NCBI GenBank assembly: GCA_963746335.1
Contig: CAVVAK010000006.1
Span: 77,657-141,656, forward strand
Length of the DNA: 64,000 bases
Reading direction: 5' to 3'
Origin: an uncultured Actinomycetota bacterium
GTDB lineage: Bacteria; Actinomycetota; UBA4738; HRBIN12
Below the pieces are notes generated by a model, which saw nothing but the letters and a program-made list of their open reading frames with translations, had not been told where the DNA came from and ran no database searches. Positions 1 to 10,104 of this stretch are shown in pieces; within the stretch, counting starts at the first letter, position 1; each line of letters begins with the position of its first letter. Made by a program: the position numbers and the translations under genes.

Positions 1-663
1 GCGCATGATGCCGATCTCCTTCCGGCGGGCGAACATCCCCATCCGCAGGGTATTTGCCACGAGCCCGATCGCCGAGACGAGCATGATGACGGCGATCCCG
101 AAGACGCCCAGCGAGAGCACCCTCGTGAGCGAATCGAGCCGGTCGAGCAGCTTCTGGTAGTCGGCCACGGCCCGGACCCCCGGCTCCGTGCATTCCTGGT
201 GCTGATCACCATCGGGCTCGACGACCGCGGTGCAGCCGAGCGCCGCCGTGATCTGTTCGAAGTTGGTGACCTGGGAGAGCTTCACGCGGAGGGAGGTCGG
301 GATGACCTCCATGCAGTCGACCTGCTCGAGGAAGACGTCTTGGCCTTCGAACAGCCTGGCGAACTCCTCGCACGACTTCTCCTTGTTCCAGTAGTCGACG
401 TTGGCAACGGCCGGGACCTGCTGCAACGTCTCGGTCAATCGGCCGACCGTGCCCGTGTTCACGGGATCCGTGAGATAGACCTGGACCTCCACGTTGCCCG
501 TCAGGACCCGGGTCACCAGCTCGAACTCCCGAGCGATCAGCAACGACAGGCCGAACAGGAACAGCGCGATGAACGCGGTCGACATCGCCGCGAACGCCAC
601 GACCCCGTTGCGCCGCAGTCCGGCGGCGGTCTCACGGAAGAAGTACTCGACCCTGGGCGCCAT
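1..663 (-). CDS. ftsX: Cell-division ABC transporter permease FtsX (3' part cut by the window edge)
   Basis: Absent from the ORF track because it is open to the window edge. My translation from the ATG at 663-661 reads [29 protein letters not shown]...ANTLRMGMFARRKEIGIMR. That gives TM1, an extracytoplasmic domain and the start of the FtsX permease core. The start overlaps the ftsE stop (TGATG). Confidence 0.85.
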   Translation of the reverse strand, partial: MAPRVEYFFRETAAGLRRNGVVAFAAMSTAFIALFLFGLSLLIAREFELVTRVLTGNVEVQVYLTDPVNTGTVGRLTETLQQVPAVANVDYWNKEKSCEEFARLFEGQDVFLEQVDCMEVIPTSLRVKLSQVTNFEQITAALGCTAVVEPDGDQHQECTEPGVRAVADYQKLLDRLDSLTRVLSLGVFGIAVIMLVSAIGLVANTLRMGMFARRKEIGIMR

Positions 664-1340
664 CAGCTGTACACGCCCCGGGACTGATCTCGCACGACCC
701 TGCCCTTGTCGAGCTCGATCACCCGCTTGCGCATCGCGTCCACGATCGCCTGGTCGTGGGTGGCCATGAGGATCGTGGTGCCGATCCGGTTCACCTTGTC
801 GAGGAGCCGCATGATGTCGACCGACGTGTTGGGGTCGAGGTTCCCGGTGGGCTCGTCGGCCAGAAGGACGAGCGGTCTGTTCACGCACGCTCGCGCGATC
901 GACACGCGTTGCTGCTCGCCGCCGGACAGCTCGTCGGGATAGGCATTCAGCTTGTCCCCGAGCCCGACGTACTCGAGGATCTCCGGCACCCGCTGATCGA
1001 TCACGTGTTTCGGTTTCCCGATCACCTCGAGCGCGAACGAGACGTTCTCGAACGCCGTCTTGTCCTGTAGCAGTTTGTAGTCCTGGAAGACGGTGCCGAT
1101 GTTCCTTCGCAGGTGAGGCACCTTGAATGTCGTGATCTTCGAGAGGTTCTTGCCCGCCACGAACACGTCCCCACGGCTCGCCTCCTCCTGCTTGAGGAGG
1201 AGGCGGATCATGGTGGATTTCCCGGAGCCGGACGGGCCCACGACGAAGACGAACTCGCCCTTGTCGATCTCAACCGAGACGTCCTCGAGGGCGGTGACGC
1301 CGTTCCGGTAGACCTTGGTGACTCGTTGGATACTGATCAT
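663..1340 (-). CDS. ftsE: Cell-division ATP-binding protein FtsE
   Basis: 225 aa. Walker [13 protein letters not shown] signature LSGGEQQRV and Walker [12 protein letters not shown]. Lies directly upstream of ftsX. Confidence 0.95.
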   Translation of the reverse strand: MISIQRVTKVYRNGVTALEDVSVEIDKGEFVFVVGPSGSGKSTMIRLLLKQEEASRGDVFVAGKNLSKITTFKVPHLRRNIGTVFQDYKLLQDKTAFENVSFALEVIGKPKHVIDQRVPEILEYVGLGDKLNAYPDELSGGEQQRVSIARACVNRPLVLLADEPTGNLDPNTSVDIMRLLDKVNRIGTTILMATHDQAIVDAMRKRVIELDKGRVVRDQSRGVYS

Positions 1341-1429
1341 GGCGTGAGGAATACGACCTGGAGATGGGGTCGGCCCACCCTACCAGAGGTCTTCCGCGAC
1401 ACCGGTGAACGTGGCGTAGGCTGGCTGGC

Positions 1430-3886
1430 GTGGACCCCGCGGATGCGAGCCGCCTCGCGCCGCGCGCGACGCACCTCTTCGCCTTCTGGCTCGGGCCGTT
1501 GCTCATCATCGGCTCCGTCCTCTTCGCACTCCGCGGATTCATCGTCGACGGCGCGCTGACCAACCAGCACCCGGACCTCCTGACCTTCTGGCTTCCTCGA
1601 TGGGCCTTCTTGGGCGACTCCGTCGCCGCCGGCCGGATCCCGCTCTGGAACCCCTTCGAGATGGTCGGGCACCGCTTCGCCGCCGATCCACAGAGCGGTT
1701 GGCTGTACGCGCCACCCACGCTGCTCTTCTCGCTGTTCTCGCCAGGACCCGCCTTGCGGATCTTCATCGTGTGCAACCCGCTTCTCGCCGGTCTCGGCAT
1801 GTACGCCTTCCTCCGGAAGGAGGACCTGGGGCGGACGGCGGCGACCGCCGGGGGCCTCGTCCTCGCGATGATGATGTCGACGTCGACGATCGCGATCTCG
1901 CTGCCGTTCGCCGGCGCCCTGGGATGGACGGCCGTCCTGCTCCTGGCCGCATCGGGCTACCGGAGGGCCGAGCGATGGCCCGGACGGCTCGCGTGGCTCG
2001 CACTCGGCGCCTTCGCGTGGATGCAGGTGGCGGCCGCGCACATGAGCCATGGCCTCGTGATCGCGACGACATTCGCGACCGTGTACCTGGTTGCCGGCGC
2101 GGTGAGCGACACGCGGGCCGGGATCGCCGGAGGGAGGTCGGCCGCGGGCCGGGTGGCGCTGTTCCTCGCCGTCCTGCCGATCGCCGCGCTCCCGATCCTC
2201 GTGCCACACGTCGACTTCCTCGGCGAGTCGAGCCTTCGCGGCGGCTACGGGGTGCTCGGGGACACGGGCCAATCCGAGGTGGGCGATCCGCTCGGTTCGG
2301 GCGGGGTCTGGGCGGCCTGGCCGCTGGGATTCGCCGCCGCGCCGGGAGCCTACGCGGGCGCGGGCGCGCTCGCGTGCGTGCTCCTCGCGGCTCGCGCTCG
2401 CCGACTCCGCACGCTCGTCGTCGCGATCGGAGGGCTCGCGCTCGCCGCATACGTGCTCACGTCCCCCCTGCTCGTGACGGCGGCCTGGCTCCGGGCCTTC
2501 GTGCTCGAGATCCCGTTCGGCGACGTGTACCTCCACAACCCCGGTCGCCTCCGGTACGTGGCGGTGCTCGCGCTGCCCGTCCTGGCCGCGGCGGGCCTGC
2601 AGGGGCTGGTGGAACGACCGCTCTCTCCTCGGGCGGCGTCGACCTGGCTGGGCGCCGCCGGGATCGCGTTCCTCGTCTGGCCGCTCCTCGCGGGCGGCGA
2701 CCCGATCCGGTTCGCGATGGTCGCTGCGATCCTGGTGGGCACCGCCCCGCTCCTGTATGGGTTGGCCACCAGGCGATGGCGGTGGGCCTCGGCGCCCGTG
2801 CTCGTAGGCCTCCTCGCCCTCGAACTCCTCGGGAGCGCCGTCTACGCACAGTCCTACGAGGGCGGCACGATCTTCACGGGGATGGAGACGGGTGAGCATC
2901 CGAGCCTCGTCCCCCAGGTCCTCCGGTATCCCACGTTGGACGAGGCCGAGTACCTCACGTCGACGCCGATCGTGAAGCACATGCGAGCGGAACCCGGCCG
3001 CTTCGCGACCTGGGCCCCACCCGCGGCCTCCTTCGAGAAGGGCTACCTGTGGATGAAGTCGCCGTGGGACTGGCCGGCGCTCGCGCCGACGAGGGGCACG
3101 CTCTTCGAGATCCCCGACGCGCTGGGGTACAACCCGGTGCAGCTCCCGCGCTACTGGCGCTACATCCGAGCCACCAACGAGCTGTCGATCTTCTACAACG
3201 CGTCGGTGCTCAACCTGCCCTCCGTCGAGAACGTCCGTCTGCTGGGTCTGCGGTACCTCGTGATCCCGACCGGACTGGCATCACCCGTCGAGGGCAGGGT
3301 CGTCGAACGATCCGACGGCTACTCGCTGTGGGAGCTGGCCGACCGCCAGCCGGAAGCGACCGGGACGGAACAGGTGGAGCACGCGCGGAACGTCCAGAAC
3401 GCGCTCGAGATGGTCACCGCGCCCGGCTTCGACCCGGCACGGGTCACGGTCGTGGAGGACCCCGACGTCTTCGGAGCGGTCAGTGAGGCCCAGGTGTGGG
3501 ATGCACGGATCGTCGGACGGTCGCCGACCGAGCTCCGGATCCGGCTCGACCCCGCGAACGGCGGCGTGCTCACCATCCGGAGCGCCTTCGACCCCGGCTG
3601 GCGCGCAGAGATCGATGGCCACGTCGCGCGGACGCTCCCCGTCGACGGTTTCCTCCAGGGGGTGATCGTCGCTCAGGAGAGCCCGCAGGAGGTGGTCCTC
3701 ACCTATCACGACGACCCGGTGATGATGGGGCTCGCCTTTGGTGCCGCGGTGTGGGGCGTGCTCCTCGCGGCGCCCCTGCTGGCGCTCGCGCTCGACCGTC
3801 GTGCTCGTCCGAGACGCACCGATCCCGCGGGCACCGGTGCATCTCGGCGCGTTAGGTGGACTCGCCCCTTGACGCCCGACGCCTGA
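1430..3886 (+). CDS. Large polytopic membrane protein, YfhO-like (putative glycan-modifying membrane protein)
   Basis: 818 aa. Many TM helices in the first ~470 aa, a large extracytoplasmic C-terminal domain and a final TM (VMMGLAFGAAVWGVLLAAPLLALAL). The architecture resembles the YfhO family. The family assignment is by eye only. Confidence 0.6.
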   Translation: MDPADASRLAPRATHLFAFWLGPLLIIGSVLFALRGFIVDGALTNQHPDLLTFWLPRWAFLGDSVAAGRIPLWNPFEMVGHRFAADPQSGWLYAPPTLLFSLFSPGPALRIFIVCNPLLAGLGMYAFLRKEDLGRTAATAGGLVLAMMMSTSTIAISLPFAGALGWTAVLLLAASGYRRAERWPGRLAWLALGAFAWMQVAAAHMSHGLVIATTFATVYLVAGAVSDTRAGIAGGRSAAGRVALFLAVLPIAALPILVPHVDFLGESSLRGGYGVLGDTGQSEVGDPLGSGGVWAAWPLGFAAAPGAYAGAGALACVLLAARARRLRTLVVAIGGLALAAYVLTSPLLVTAAWLRAFVLEIPFGDVYLHNPGRLRYVAVLALPVLAAAGLQGLVERPLSPRAASTWLGAAGIAFLVWPLLAGGDPIRFAMVAAILVGTAPLLYGLATRRWRWASAPVLVGLLALELLGSAVYAQSYEGGTIFTGMETGEHPSLVPQVLRYPTLDEAEYLTSTPIVKHMRAEPGRFATWAPPAASFEKGYLWMKSPWDWPALAPTRGTLFEIPDALGYNPVQLPRYWRYIRATNELSIFYNASVLNLPSVENVRLLGLRYLVIPTGLASPVEGRVVERSDGYSLWELADRQPEATGTEQVEHARNVQNALEMVTAPGFDPARVTVVEDPDVFGAVSEAQVWDARIVGRSPTELRIRLDPANGGVLTIRSAFDPGWRAEIDGHVARTLPVDGFLQGVIVAQESPQEVVLTYHDDPVMMGLAFGAAVWGVLLAAPLLALALDRRARPRRTDPAGTGASRRVRWTRPLTPDA

Positions 3887-4968
3887 GCTCGCCCTCGATG
3901 AACCGGTCGATGTCACCGCCGAGGACCCTCGAGGGATCACCCACCTCGACCTCCGTCCGGTGATCCTTCACCATCTGGTACGGAGCGAGCACGTAGGAGC
4001 GGATCTGCGATCCGAAGTCCACGGCCTTCCGCTCTCCTCGCAGCTCGTTCATCTCCTGCTCGCGGCGCCGACGCTCCATCTCGGCAAGGCGAGCCTTCAG
4101 GATCCGCATGGCGACCGCGCGATTCTGGAGCTGTGAGCGCTCGTTCTGACACGCGACGACGATGCCCGACGGCAGGTGCGTGATCCGCACGGCCGAATCC
4201 GTCGTGTTCACAGACTGCCCGCCCGGTCCGGAGGAACGGAACACGTCGATGCGCAGGTCCTCCTCGGGGATCTCGACCTCCTCCTCTTCCGACTTCTCGA
4301 GGAGAGGGATGACGTCGAGCGCGGCGAAGGAGGTGTGGCGCCGCTTCTGAGCGTCGAAGGGGCTGATCCGGACGAGGCGGTGGACGCCTCGCTCGGCGGA
4401 GAGCAACCCGTAGGCGTTGGGCCCGTGGAGCATGAAGGTTGCCGACTTGATGCCGGCTTCTTCGCCGTGATGGATCTCGTCGACCTCCATCCGGAAGCCC
4501 TGCTTCTCCGCCCATCGGGCGTACATGCGGAGCAGCATGTCCGCCCAGTCCTGCGACTCGGTGCCCCCGGCGCCTGCCTGCAGGGTCGCGATCGCGTCGT
4601 GGTCGTCGTAGGGACCCGACAGGAGCGCCGCGAGCTCGACCGTCTCGAGCTCACGCTCGAGACGGTCGAGCTCCCCTTCGAGCTCCTTCGTGAGATCCGG
4701 ATCCGCCTCGTCCTCGAGCAGCTCGTCCATCGCTTCGAGGTTCTGGAGGGAGCTCTCGAGGCGGTCGTATCGGTCCACCTGATCGTGCAGGCGGGAGAGG
4801 CGCTGAGTCAGCTCCTGTGCACGAGGCGGGTCATCCCAGAGCGCGGGGTCGGAGGTCTGCCGCTCGAGATCACCGAGCTGCGCGCGCTTGCCGTCGACGT
4901 CAAAGGAACTCCTTGGCGGCGACGATGCGGTCACGGAGCTTGCGGAGTCGTTCGGTGTGATCGCTCAT
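3852..4968 (-). CDS. prfB: Peptide chain release factor 2, made by a programmed +1 frameshift (371 aa)
   Basis: Contains SPF, GGQ (GPGGQSVNTTDSAVRITHLPSGIVV) and RF-1-domain motifs. Frame 0 runs ATG 4968 to CTT 4905-4903, followed by an in-frame TGA at 4902-4900. The +1 frame continues from GAC 4901 in the frame of track ORF 3852..4934. Confidence 0.93.
4899..4914 (-). promoter_or_regulatory. RF2 autoregulatory +1 frameshift site (SD-like AAGGAG, 3-nt spacer, CUU UGA C)
   Basis: The minus strand reads GCC AAG GAG TTC CTT TGA C. This is the same layout as the classical prfB recoding site. Confidence 0.9.
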
Positions 4969-5135
4969 GCGTCGATTCTAGTGTCCCTGCATCCCTCCCC
5001 GGCCTCCCGACGTCGCTACTGGCGACGATGTCGACGTCGAGGTGACGAACATCACCGCCACGAGGTGTCGTGCACCATGGCGCCGTGGGCGGCCAACCCC
5101 GAAGCTCGAGGGAGCCGTCACGAAAGGACGATCCC

Positions 5136-5360
5136 GTGAGCACGAGCGCCGAGACCCTCCGCCCCGGGTTGGCATGGAACGCGACGCGCGTCGCGGGCGT
5201 GCTGATGATCGTGATCATCGCGGTCATCGCGCTCGTCTTCTGGCCGGCGTTCGACACGTCGGATGCGAAGCCGCCTGTGACCCGGCAGGCACACGGGGTC
5301 GCGATCCCCCACGAGCACATCGTGGTCAACGGAGAGGCCTGCCCGCAGTGCCTCCCGTGA
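5136..5360 (+). CDS. Small single-TM protein with C-terminal VNGEACPQC tail (hypothetical)
   Basis: GTG at 5136 lies 7 nt after AAAGGA. Strong G/C at third codon positions. TM helix VAGVLMIVIIAVIALVFWPAF. The protein ends HIVVNGEACPQCLP. A strong terminator follows. Confidence 0.7.
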   Translation: MSTSAETLRPGLAWNATRVAGVLMIVIIAVIALVFWPAFDTSDAKPPVTRQAHGVAIPHEHIVVNGEACPQCLP

Positions 5361-5390
5361 CCTGACAGAAGAGAGGTACCCCCCTCTCAC

Positions 5391-5433
5391 GGCGGCCGGC
5401 CGGGCCGAAAGCCCGGCCGGCCGCCTCCTTTTT
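5391..5433 (+). terminator. Rho-independent terminator
   Basis: Perfect 15-bp stem ggcggccggccgggc / gcccggccggccgcc, loop cgaaa, then tccttttt. Confidence 0.85.
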
Positions 5434-5607
5434 CCGGGACATCGCGCGCACGCTCGCCGGGGTTCCCCTCCGCGCCCGGGCATCACCGCAACGACGTGGT
5501 GAACGTCACCTCCGGTCCGTGCGCGCCGGCACCGACCGCCGGATGAGGCGTCCGTAGGGTCGTCCCATCGACCAGATCCCGAAGGGATCGAGACGGAAGG
5601 GGGAGCC

Positions 5608-6054
5608 ATGAGCGCCCAGGGAGGAACCCTCCAGCACAGAGGAACCATCGAGCTGCCGATCTGGCCCGTGGCCGTCCTCGTGGTCGCCGCGGTCGCCGCG
5701 GCGATCGGGATGACGTTGCTGGACAGCGCGGGGCGGACCACGTTCGTGACATCGGTCACGGACAGGGAGCGGATCGCGAACTCCACGGCCGCGGTTCGTG
5801 AGCAAGGGGCGGTCGCACCCGCGATCCCCGCGATCCGCCCGATCGACCTCTCGGTCCTCGAGAACTCGAGCGCCGCGGTCCGTGAGCAGGGAGCAGTGCT
5901 CCCCGCAGCCGTGGGCATCTCCCACGTGGCACCGTCGCTGCACTCACAGGGCTTCGCGGGCTTCGAGAACCCGGGCGCCTACCCGGCGGAGATCGCTCCG
6001 CCGGCCGAAGGCCCCGTCATCGTGAACGGCCAGCCCTGCATGCAGTGCAGGTAA
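5608..6054 (+). CDS. Single-TM protein with an internal repeat and C-terminal VNGQPCMQC tail (hypothetical, paralog of 5136..5360)
   Basis: 148 aa. SD GGGGGAG precedes the ATG. TM helix LPIWPVAVLVVAAVAAAIGMTLL. Repeat NSTAAVREQGAVAPA / NSSAAVREQGAVLPA. The protein ends VIVNGQPCMQCR. Strong G/C at third codon positions. Confidence 0.75.
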   Translation: MSAQGGTLQHRGTIELPIWPVAVLVVAAVAAAIGMTLLDSAGRTTFVTSVTDRERIANSTAAVREQGAVAPAIPAIRPIDLSVLENSSAAVREQGAVLPAAVGISHVAPSLHSQGFAGFENPGAYPAEIAPPAEGPVIVNGQPCMQCR

Positions 6055-6071
6055 GCCTTCTCAGGGACCGA

Positions 6072-6102
6072 GAAGGGGCCGGCGCGAAGCGCCGGCCCCT
6101 TC
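6072..6102. terminator. GC-rich hairpin between convergent genes (likely bidirectional terminator)
   Basis: Perfect 14-bp stem gaaggggccggcgc / gcgccggccccttc with loop gaa. It lies between the stop at 6054 (+) and the secA stop at 6118 (-). There is no clear U-tract. Confidence 0.6.
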
Positions 6103-6117
6103 GTCGTACCCGAGTCG

Positions 6118-8823
6118 CTACGCCACCGCGCCGTGGCACTTCTTGTACTTCCGGCCGCTCCCGCACGGGCACGGCGCGTTCCGCGGCACCTTGTCGCTGA
6201 TGACCTGGTTCGGATTCGACTCCTGCACCGGTCCCGTTCCCTCCGCCGCGTCCTCGTCCCCATGGCTCTCGCGGACCTGCTTCACCTTGGGCTGGGACGC
6301 TCGTCGTTGCTGCTGCTCCGGTTGGACCAGCTCCACCCGGTAGATGTAGCGGACGAACTCCGTCTGGATCGTGGACGTGAGCTCCTCGAACATGTCGAAG
6401 GCCTCGCGGCGATATTCCGTGATCGGATCCTTCTGCGCGTAGCTCCGGAGGTAGATCCCTTCCTGCAGATAGTCCATCTCGTAGAGGTGCTCGCGCCATC
6501 GCGTGTCGATGATGTTCAGCAGGACGACGCGCTCGAGCTCCCGCATCATCGTCTCGCCGAGCGTCTCCTCCTTCGCCGCGTACGCGGCCAGCGCGTCCTC
6601 GACGAATGCCTCTTGGAGCGCCTGCGAGTCGCGGATCTCCGCCACCTGCTCGCTGGTCAGCGAGACCGGGTAGACCTCCGAGAGTGCTGTGAACAGTCCC
6701 TCCCGGTCCCACTCCTCCTCGAAGACCTCCGGAGGGCAATACGTCGACACCGTGGCCTCGACCACGTCTCGGACGAACCCGAGCGCCTCCTCCGTGAGGT
6801 CCTCGCCCTCGAGGATCTTCCGGCGCTCGCCGTAGATCACCGTGCGCTGGCCGTTCATGACCTCGTCGTACTTCAGGACGTTCTTGCGGCGCTCGTAGTT
6901 GAGCTCCTCGATCTGTCCCTGGGCGTTCTGGACGGCGCGCGTCACCATCTTGGCTTCGATGGGCTCGTTCTCGGGCCACTTCAGACGCTCCATGATCGAC
7001 GCGACCCGGTCGGAAGCGAACATCCGCATCAGGTCGTCCTCGAGCGACAGGTAGAACGCCGACGCGCCCGGGTCACCCTGGCGGCCGGACCGGCCACGGA
7101 GCTGGTTGTCGATCCGGCGGGATTCGTGGCGCTCGGTGCCGAGGACGTACAGTCCCCCCAGCTCCACGACCTCCTCGTGCTCCGCGTCGGTCTGCGCCTT
7201 GAACTTCGCGAAGATCGGCTCCCACTCGGCCTCGTAGGCGGCACGCTCCTCCTCGTCCGCCTCGAACAGCAGATAACGGTCGTTGTCGAAGTCCCGCGCC
7301 GCCATCTCCTGGCGCGCGAGGTACTCGGGGTTCCCGCCGAGAAGGATGTCGACGCCTCGGCCGGCCATGTTCGTCGCCACCGTGACCGCGCCCTTGCGCC
7401 CCGCCTGCGCGACGATCATCGCCTCCTTCTCGTGGTTCTTCGCGTTCAGCACGTGATGCTTCACGCCGCGGCGGTTGAGCATCCCCGAGAGCTTCTCCGA
7501 CTTCTCGATCGAGACGGTGCCCACGAGGATCGGTTGGCCGGGCTCGTTCCGCTCGATGATGTCGTCGATGAGGGAATCCCACTTCGCCTCTTCGTTCTTG
7601 AAGATCAGGTCCTGGAGGTCGTCGCGGATCATCGGCTGGTTCGTCGGGATCTCGGTGACGCCGATCGAGTAGGTCTCCTCGAACTCCGTGAGCTGCGTCT
7701 TGGCGGTACCGGTCATCCCCGCGAGCTTGTCGTACATCTTGAAGTAGTTCTGGATCGTGATCGTCGCGAGCGTCTGGTTCTCCTCTTTGACCCGGACGCC
7801 CTCCTTCGCCTCGATCGCCTGATGCAAGCCCTCCGAATACCTCCTGCCTTCGAGCACCCGGCCGGTGAACTCGTCGACGATCTTCACCTCGCCGCTCTGG
7901 ACCACGTACTCGACGTCCCGCTTATAGAGCTCCTTCGCGCGAAGCGAGTTGTGCAGGTGGTGGACCAGCATCGTGTTCTCGTGGTCGTAGAGGTTGTCGA
8001 CGTTCAGGAGCTGTTCGACCTTGGCGACGCCCGACTCGGTGACCGCGACCTGGAACTTCGCCTCCTCGACCTCGTAGTGCTCGTCCCGGGTGAGCTGCGG
8101 AGCGATCCGCGCGAACGTCTGGTACCACTTCGCGCTGTCCTGCACCATGCCGCTGATGATCAGCGGGGTCCGTGCCTCATCGATCAGGATCGAGTCGACC
8201 TCGTCCACGATCGCGAAGTGGTAGCCGCGCTGGACGGTGTGCTCGAGGCGCATCGCCATGTTGTCGCGGAGGTAGTCGAACCCGAACTCGTTGTTGGTTC
8301 CGTAGGTGATGTCGGCGGCATAGGCGGGTCGGCGTTCCTCGGGACTCATGTTCGCCTGGATCAGACCGACCTCGAGACCGAGGAACCGATAGATCCCGCC
8401 CATCCACTCGGAGTCGCGCTTGGCCAGGTAGTCGTTGACGGTGACGAGATGGACGCCCTTGCCCTCGAGGGCGTTCAGATAGCCGGGCAAGGTCGAGACG
8501 AGGGTCTTGCCCTCTCCCGTCCGCATCTCGGCGATGGTCCCTCGGTGCAGCGCGGCGCCGCCCATCAGCTGGACGTCGAAGTGGCGCTGACCGATCGTGC
8601 GGCGCGCGGCCTCACGGGTCGTGGCGAACGCCTCCGGGAGGAGGTCGTCGAGGGGCTCGCCGTTCTCCAAGCGCTCCCGGAACTCGACGGTCTTGTGGGC
8701 CAGCTCCTCGTCCGAGAGGTCCTCGATCTCGGGCTCCCACGTGTTGACGAGCTGGGCGAGCTGCTCGAGCTCCTTCCGCCGGCGGCCCTCGCCGATGTTG
8801 CTGAACTTGTCGATGAAGGGCAA
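6118..8823 (-). CDS. secA: Preprotein translocase ATPase SecA
   Basis: 901 aa. DEAD-motor motifs ([39 protein letters not shown]) and the C-terminal zinc motif [14 protein letters not shown]. Confidence 0.98.
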   Translation of the reverse strand: MPFIDKFSNIGEGRRRKELEQLAQLVNTWEPEIEDLSDEELAHKTVEFRERLENGEPLDDLLPEAFATTREAARRTIGQRHFDVQLMGGAALHRGTIAEMRTGEGKTLVSTLPGYLNALEGKGVHLVTVNDYLAKRDSEWMGGIYRFLGLEVGLIQANMSPEERRPAYAADITYGTNNEFGFDYLRDNMAMRLEHTVQRGYHFAIVDEVDSILIDEARTPLIISGMVQDSAKWYQTFARIAPQLTRDEHYEVEEAKFQVAVTESGVAKVEQLLNVDNLYDHENTMLVHHLHNSLRAKELYKRDVEYVVQSGEVKIVDEFTGRVLEGRRYSEGLHQAIEAKEGVRVKEENQTLATITIQNYFKMYDKLAGMTGTAKTQLTEFEETYSIGVTEIPTNQPMIRDDLQDLIFKNEEAKWDSLIDDIIERNEPGQPILVGTVSIEKSEKLSGMLNRRGVKHHVLNAKNHEKEAMIVAQAGRKGAVTVATNMAGRGVDILLGGNPEYLARQEMAARDFDNDRYLLFEADEEERAAYEAEWEPIFAKFKAQTDAEHEEVVELGGLYVLGTERHESRRIDNQLRGRSGRQGDPGASAFYLSLEDDLMRMFASDRVASIMERLKWPENEPIEAKMVTRAVQNAQGQIEELNYERRKNVLKYDEVMNGQRTVIYGERRKILEGEDLTEEALGFVRDVVEATVSTYCPPEVFEEEWDREGLFTALSEVYPVSLTSEQVAEIRDSQALQEAFVEDALAAYAAKEETLGETMMRELERVVLLNIIDTRWREHLYEMDYLQEGIYLRSYAQKDPITEYRREAFDMFEELTSTIQTEFVRYIYRVELVQPEQQQRRASQPKVKQVRESHGDEDAAEGTGPVQESNPNQVISDKVPRNAPCPCGSGRKYKKCHGAVA

Positions 8824-8872
8824 CGGGGATCCTTTTCTGGGTGGGGAACCCCGATTCTACCGGCGCCTCGCG

Positions 8873-10093
8873 TCAGACCCCGATACGAACCGGCTCCCGC
8901 AGCCGCGCGACCAGGATGAGGGCCGCCGCCACCAGCACGGCGAGTCCCACCCCGAGAGGACCGTAGCCGGCTGCTTCGAGGACGATCCCGCCCGCCAACC
9001 CGGCCGCCGCCGACGTGAGGCCGATCAGGAGATCCGTGAAGCCGAGGGCTCCGGCGCGCTCGTTGGGCGCCGTGATGTCGCTGATCACCGCGGTCGCACC
9101 GAGGAACGTCGCCGACCAGCCGAGCCCGATCGCGACCAGCCCGACGCCGATCACGATCGCGTTCGCCTCGGTCGCGGCCAGCAAGGCGCCGGCGATGCTC
9201 GTGACGCACCCGGCGACGAGGGCGGCGCGGCGCCCGGCTCGGTCCATCCACCGGCCGATGAGGGGCGCGAACGCGAACATCCCGGCGATATGGGAGCTGA
9301 TCACCAACGAGATCGTCGTGCCCCCGTGATGCGCATGGTCAAGGGCCGTCGGTGTGACGCCCATCACGCCCACCATGGCCATCTGGCCGACGGCGCCGGC
9401 GAGAACGGCGGTCCGGAAGGTGGGAACGCGGAGCAGTTCCCGCCAGCTCCGTCCGCCCTCCCCGGCCGTCACCGGGTCTCGGACCGCGAGGTCGCGAGGG
9501 TCGGGTCTCACCGCGAGCGCGCAGACCAGCGCACCGAACGCGCCGACGATCGGCACGATCCAGGGAAGGACGGAGCCCTCGTCAGCCGCCCCCTCGATCA
9601 CGGCGGCGAGCAGTGGGCTCCCGACCGCTCCGATCGTGCCTGCGGCCAGGAGGATGCCGACCGCGCTGCCCCGTCGCTCCGCCGGGTACATGTCGGCGAC
9701 GGCCCCACGCCCCAGGTTCGCGCCGCCGAGCGCGACGCCGAACGGGATCGTGCTCGCCATGAGCCCGACGAAGGAGCCGGCGCGGATCGAAAGGGCCGCG
9801 GCCGCCGTGGCGCCGCCAACCAGCACGTAGGACAGGATCAGGCCCGGGCGGCGGCCGACGCGGTCCATCCACCGGCCGATCATCGCCGCGCCCGCCGCCG
9901 CCGCGAGGAAGTAGAGACCCCACAACAGTCCGGCGGCCCCTTCACGTCCCGTGAGGCGGGAGGCGGCGGGACCGCCGATCACGAGCATCACGGGGAACGT
10001 GGTCTGCACGAACCCCTGCGCGAAGGCCAGCAGGATCGTGTTGCGACGAACCAGGCGTTCGCGCTCGGCCGGATCGGCGAGCCGCCTCGGCAT
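8873..10093 (-). CDS. MFS transporter
   Basis: This is the 3' part of track ORF 8873..11371. The in-frame ATG at 10093 gives MPRRLADPAERERLVRRNTILLAFAQG... It has about 12 TM helices, and the MFS loop motif GRWMDRVGRRPG appears twice (second copy GRWMDRAGRRAA). Confidence 0.85.
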   Translation of the reverse strand: MPRRLADPAERERLVRRNTILLAFAQGFVQTTFPVMLVIGGPAASRLTGREGAAGLLWGLYFLAAAAGAAMIGRWMDRVGRRPGLILSYVLVGGATAAAALSIRAGSFVGLMASTIPFGVALGGANLGRGAVADMYPAERRGSAVGILLAAGTIGAVGSPLLAAVIEGAADEGSVLPWIVPIVGAFGALVCALAVRPDPRDLAVRDPVTAGEGGRSWRELLRVPTFRTAVLAGAVGQMAMVGVMGVTPTALDHAHHGGTTISLVISSHIAGMFAFAPLIGRWMDRAGRRAALVAGCVTSIAGALLAATEANAIVIGVGLVAIGLGWSATFLGATAVISDITAPNERAGALGFTDLLIGLTSAAAGLAGGIVLEAAGYGPLGVGLAVLVAAALILVARLREPVRIGV

Positions 10094-10104
10094 CGGACGG
10101 ATGG

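Noticed and set aside
1337-2980. 547-aa minus-strand ORF, plus several other 100-430-aa ORFs overlapping 1430..3886.
   Set aside because: They are Arg/Pro/Gly/Glu-rich shadow frames opposite, or out of frame with, the TM-rich YfhO-like gene. They have no start context and no domain signatures.
6133-8919. 928-aa plus-strand ORF, the longest in the window.
   Set aside because: It lies entirely antisense to secA. Its composition is Arg/Leu/Asp/Val-rich low complexity, typical of shadow frames in high-GC DNA, and it has no motifs. The secA motifs on the other strand are unambiguous.
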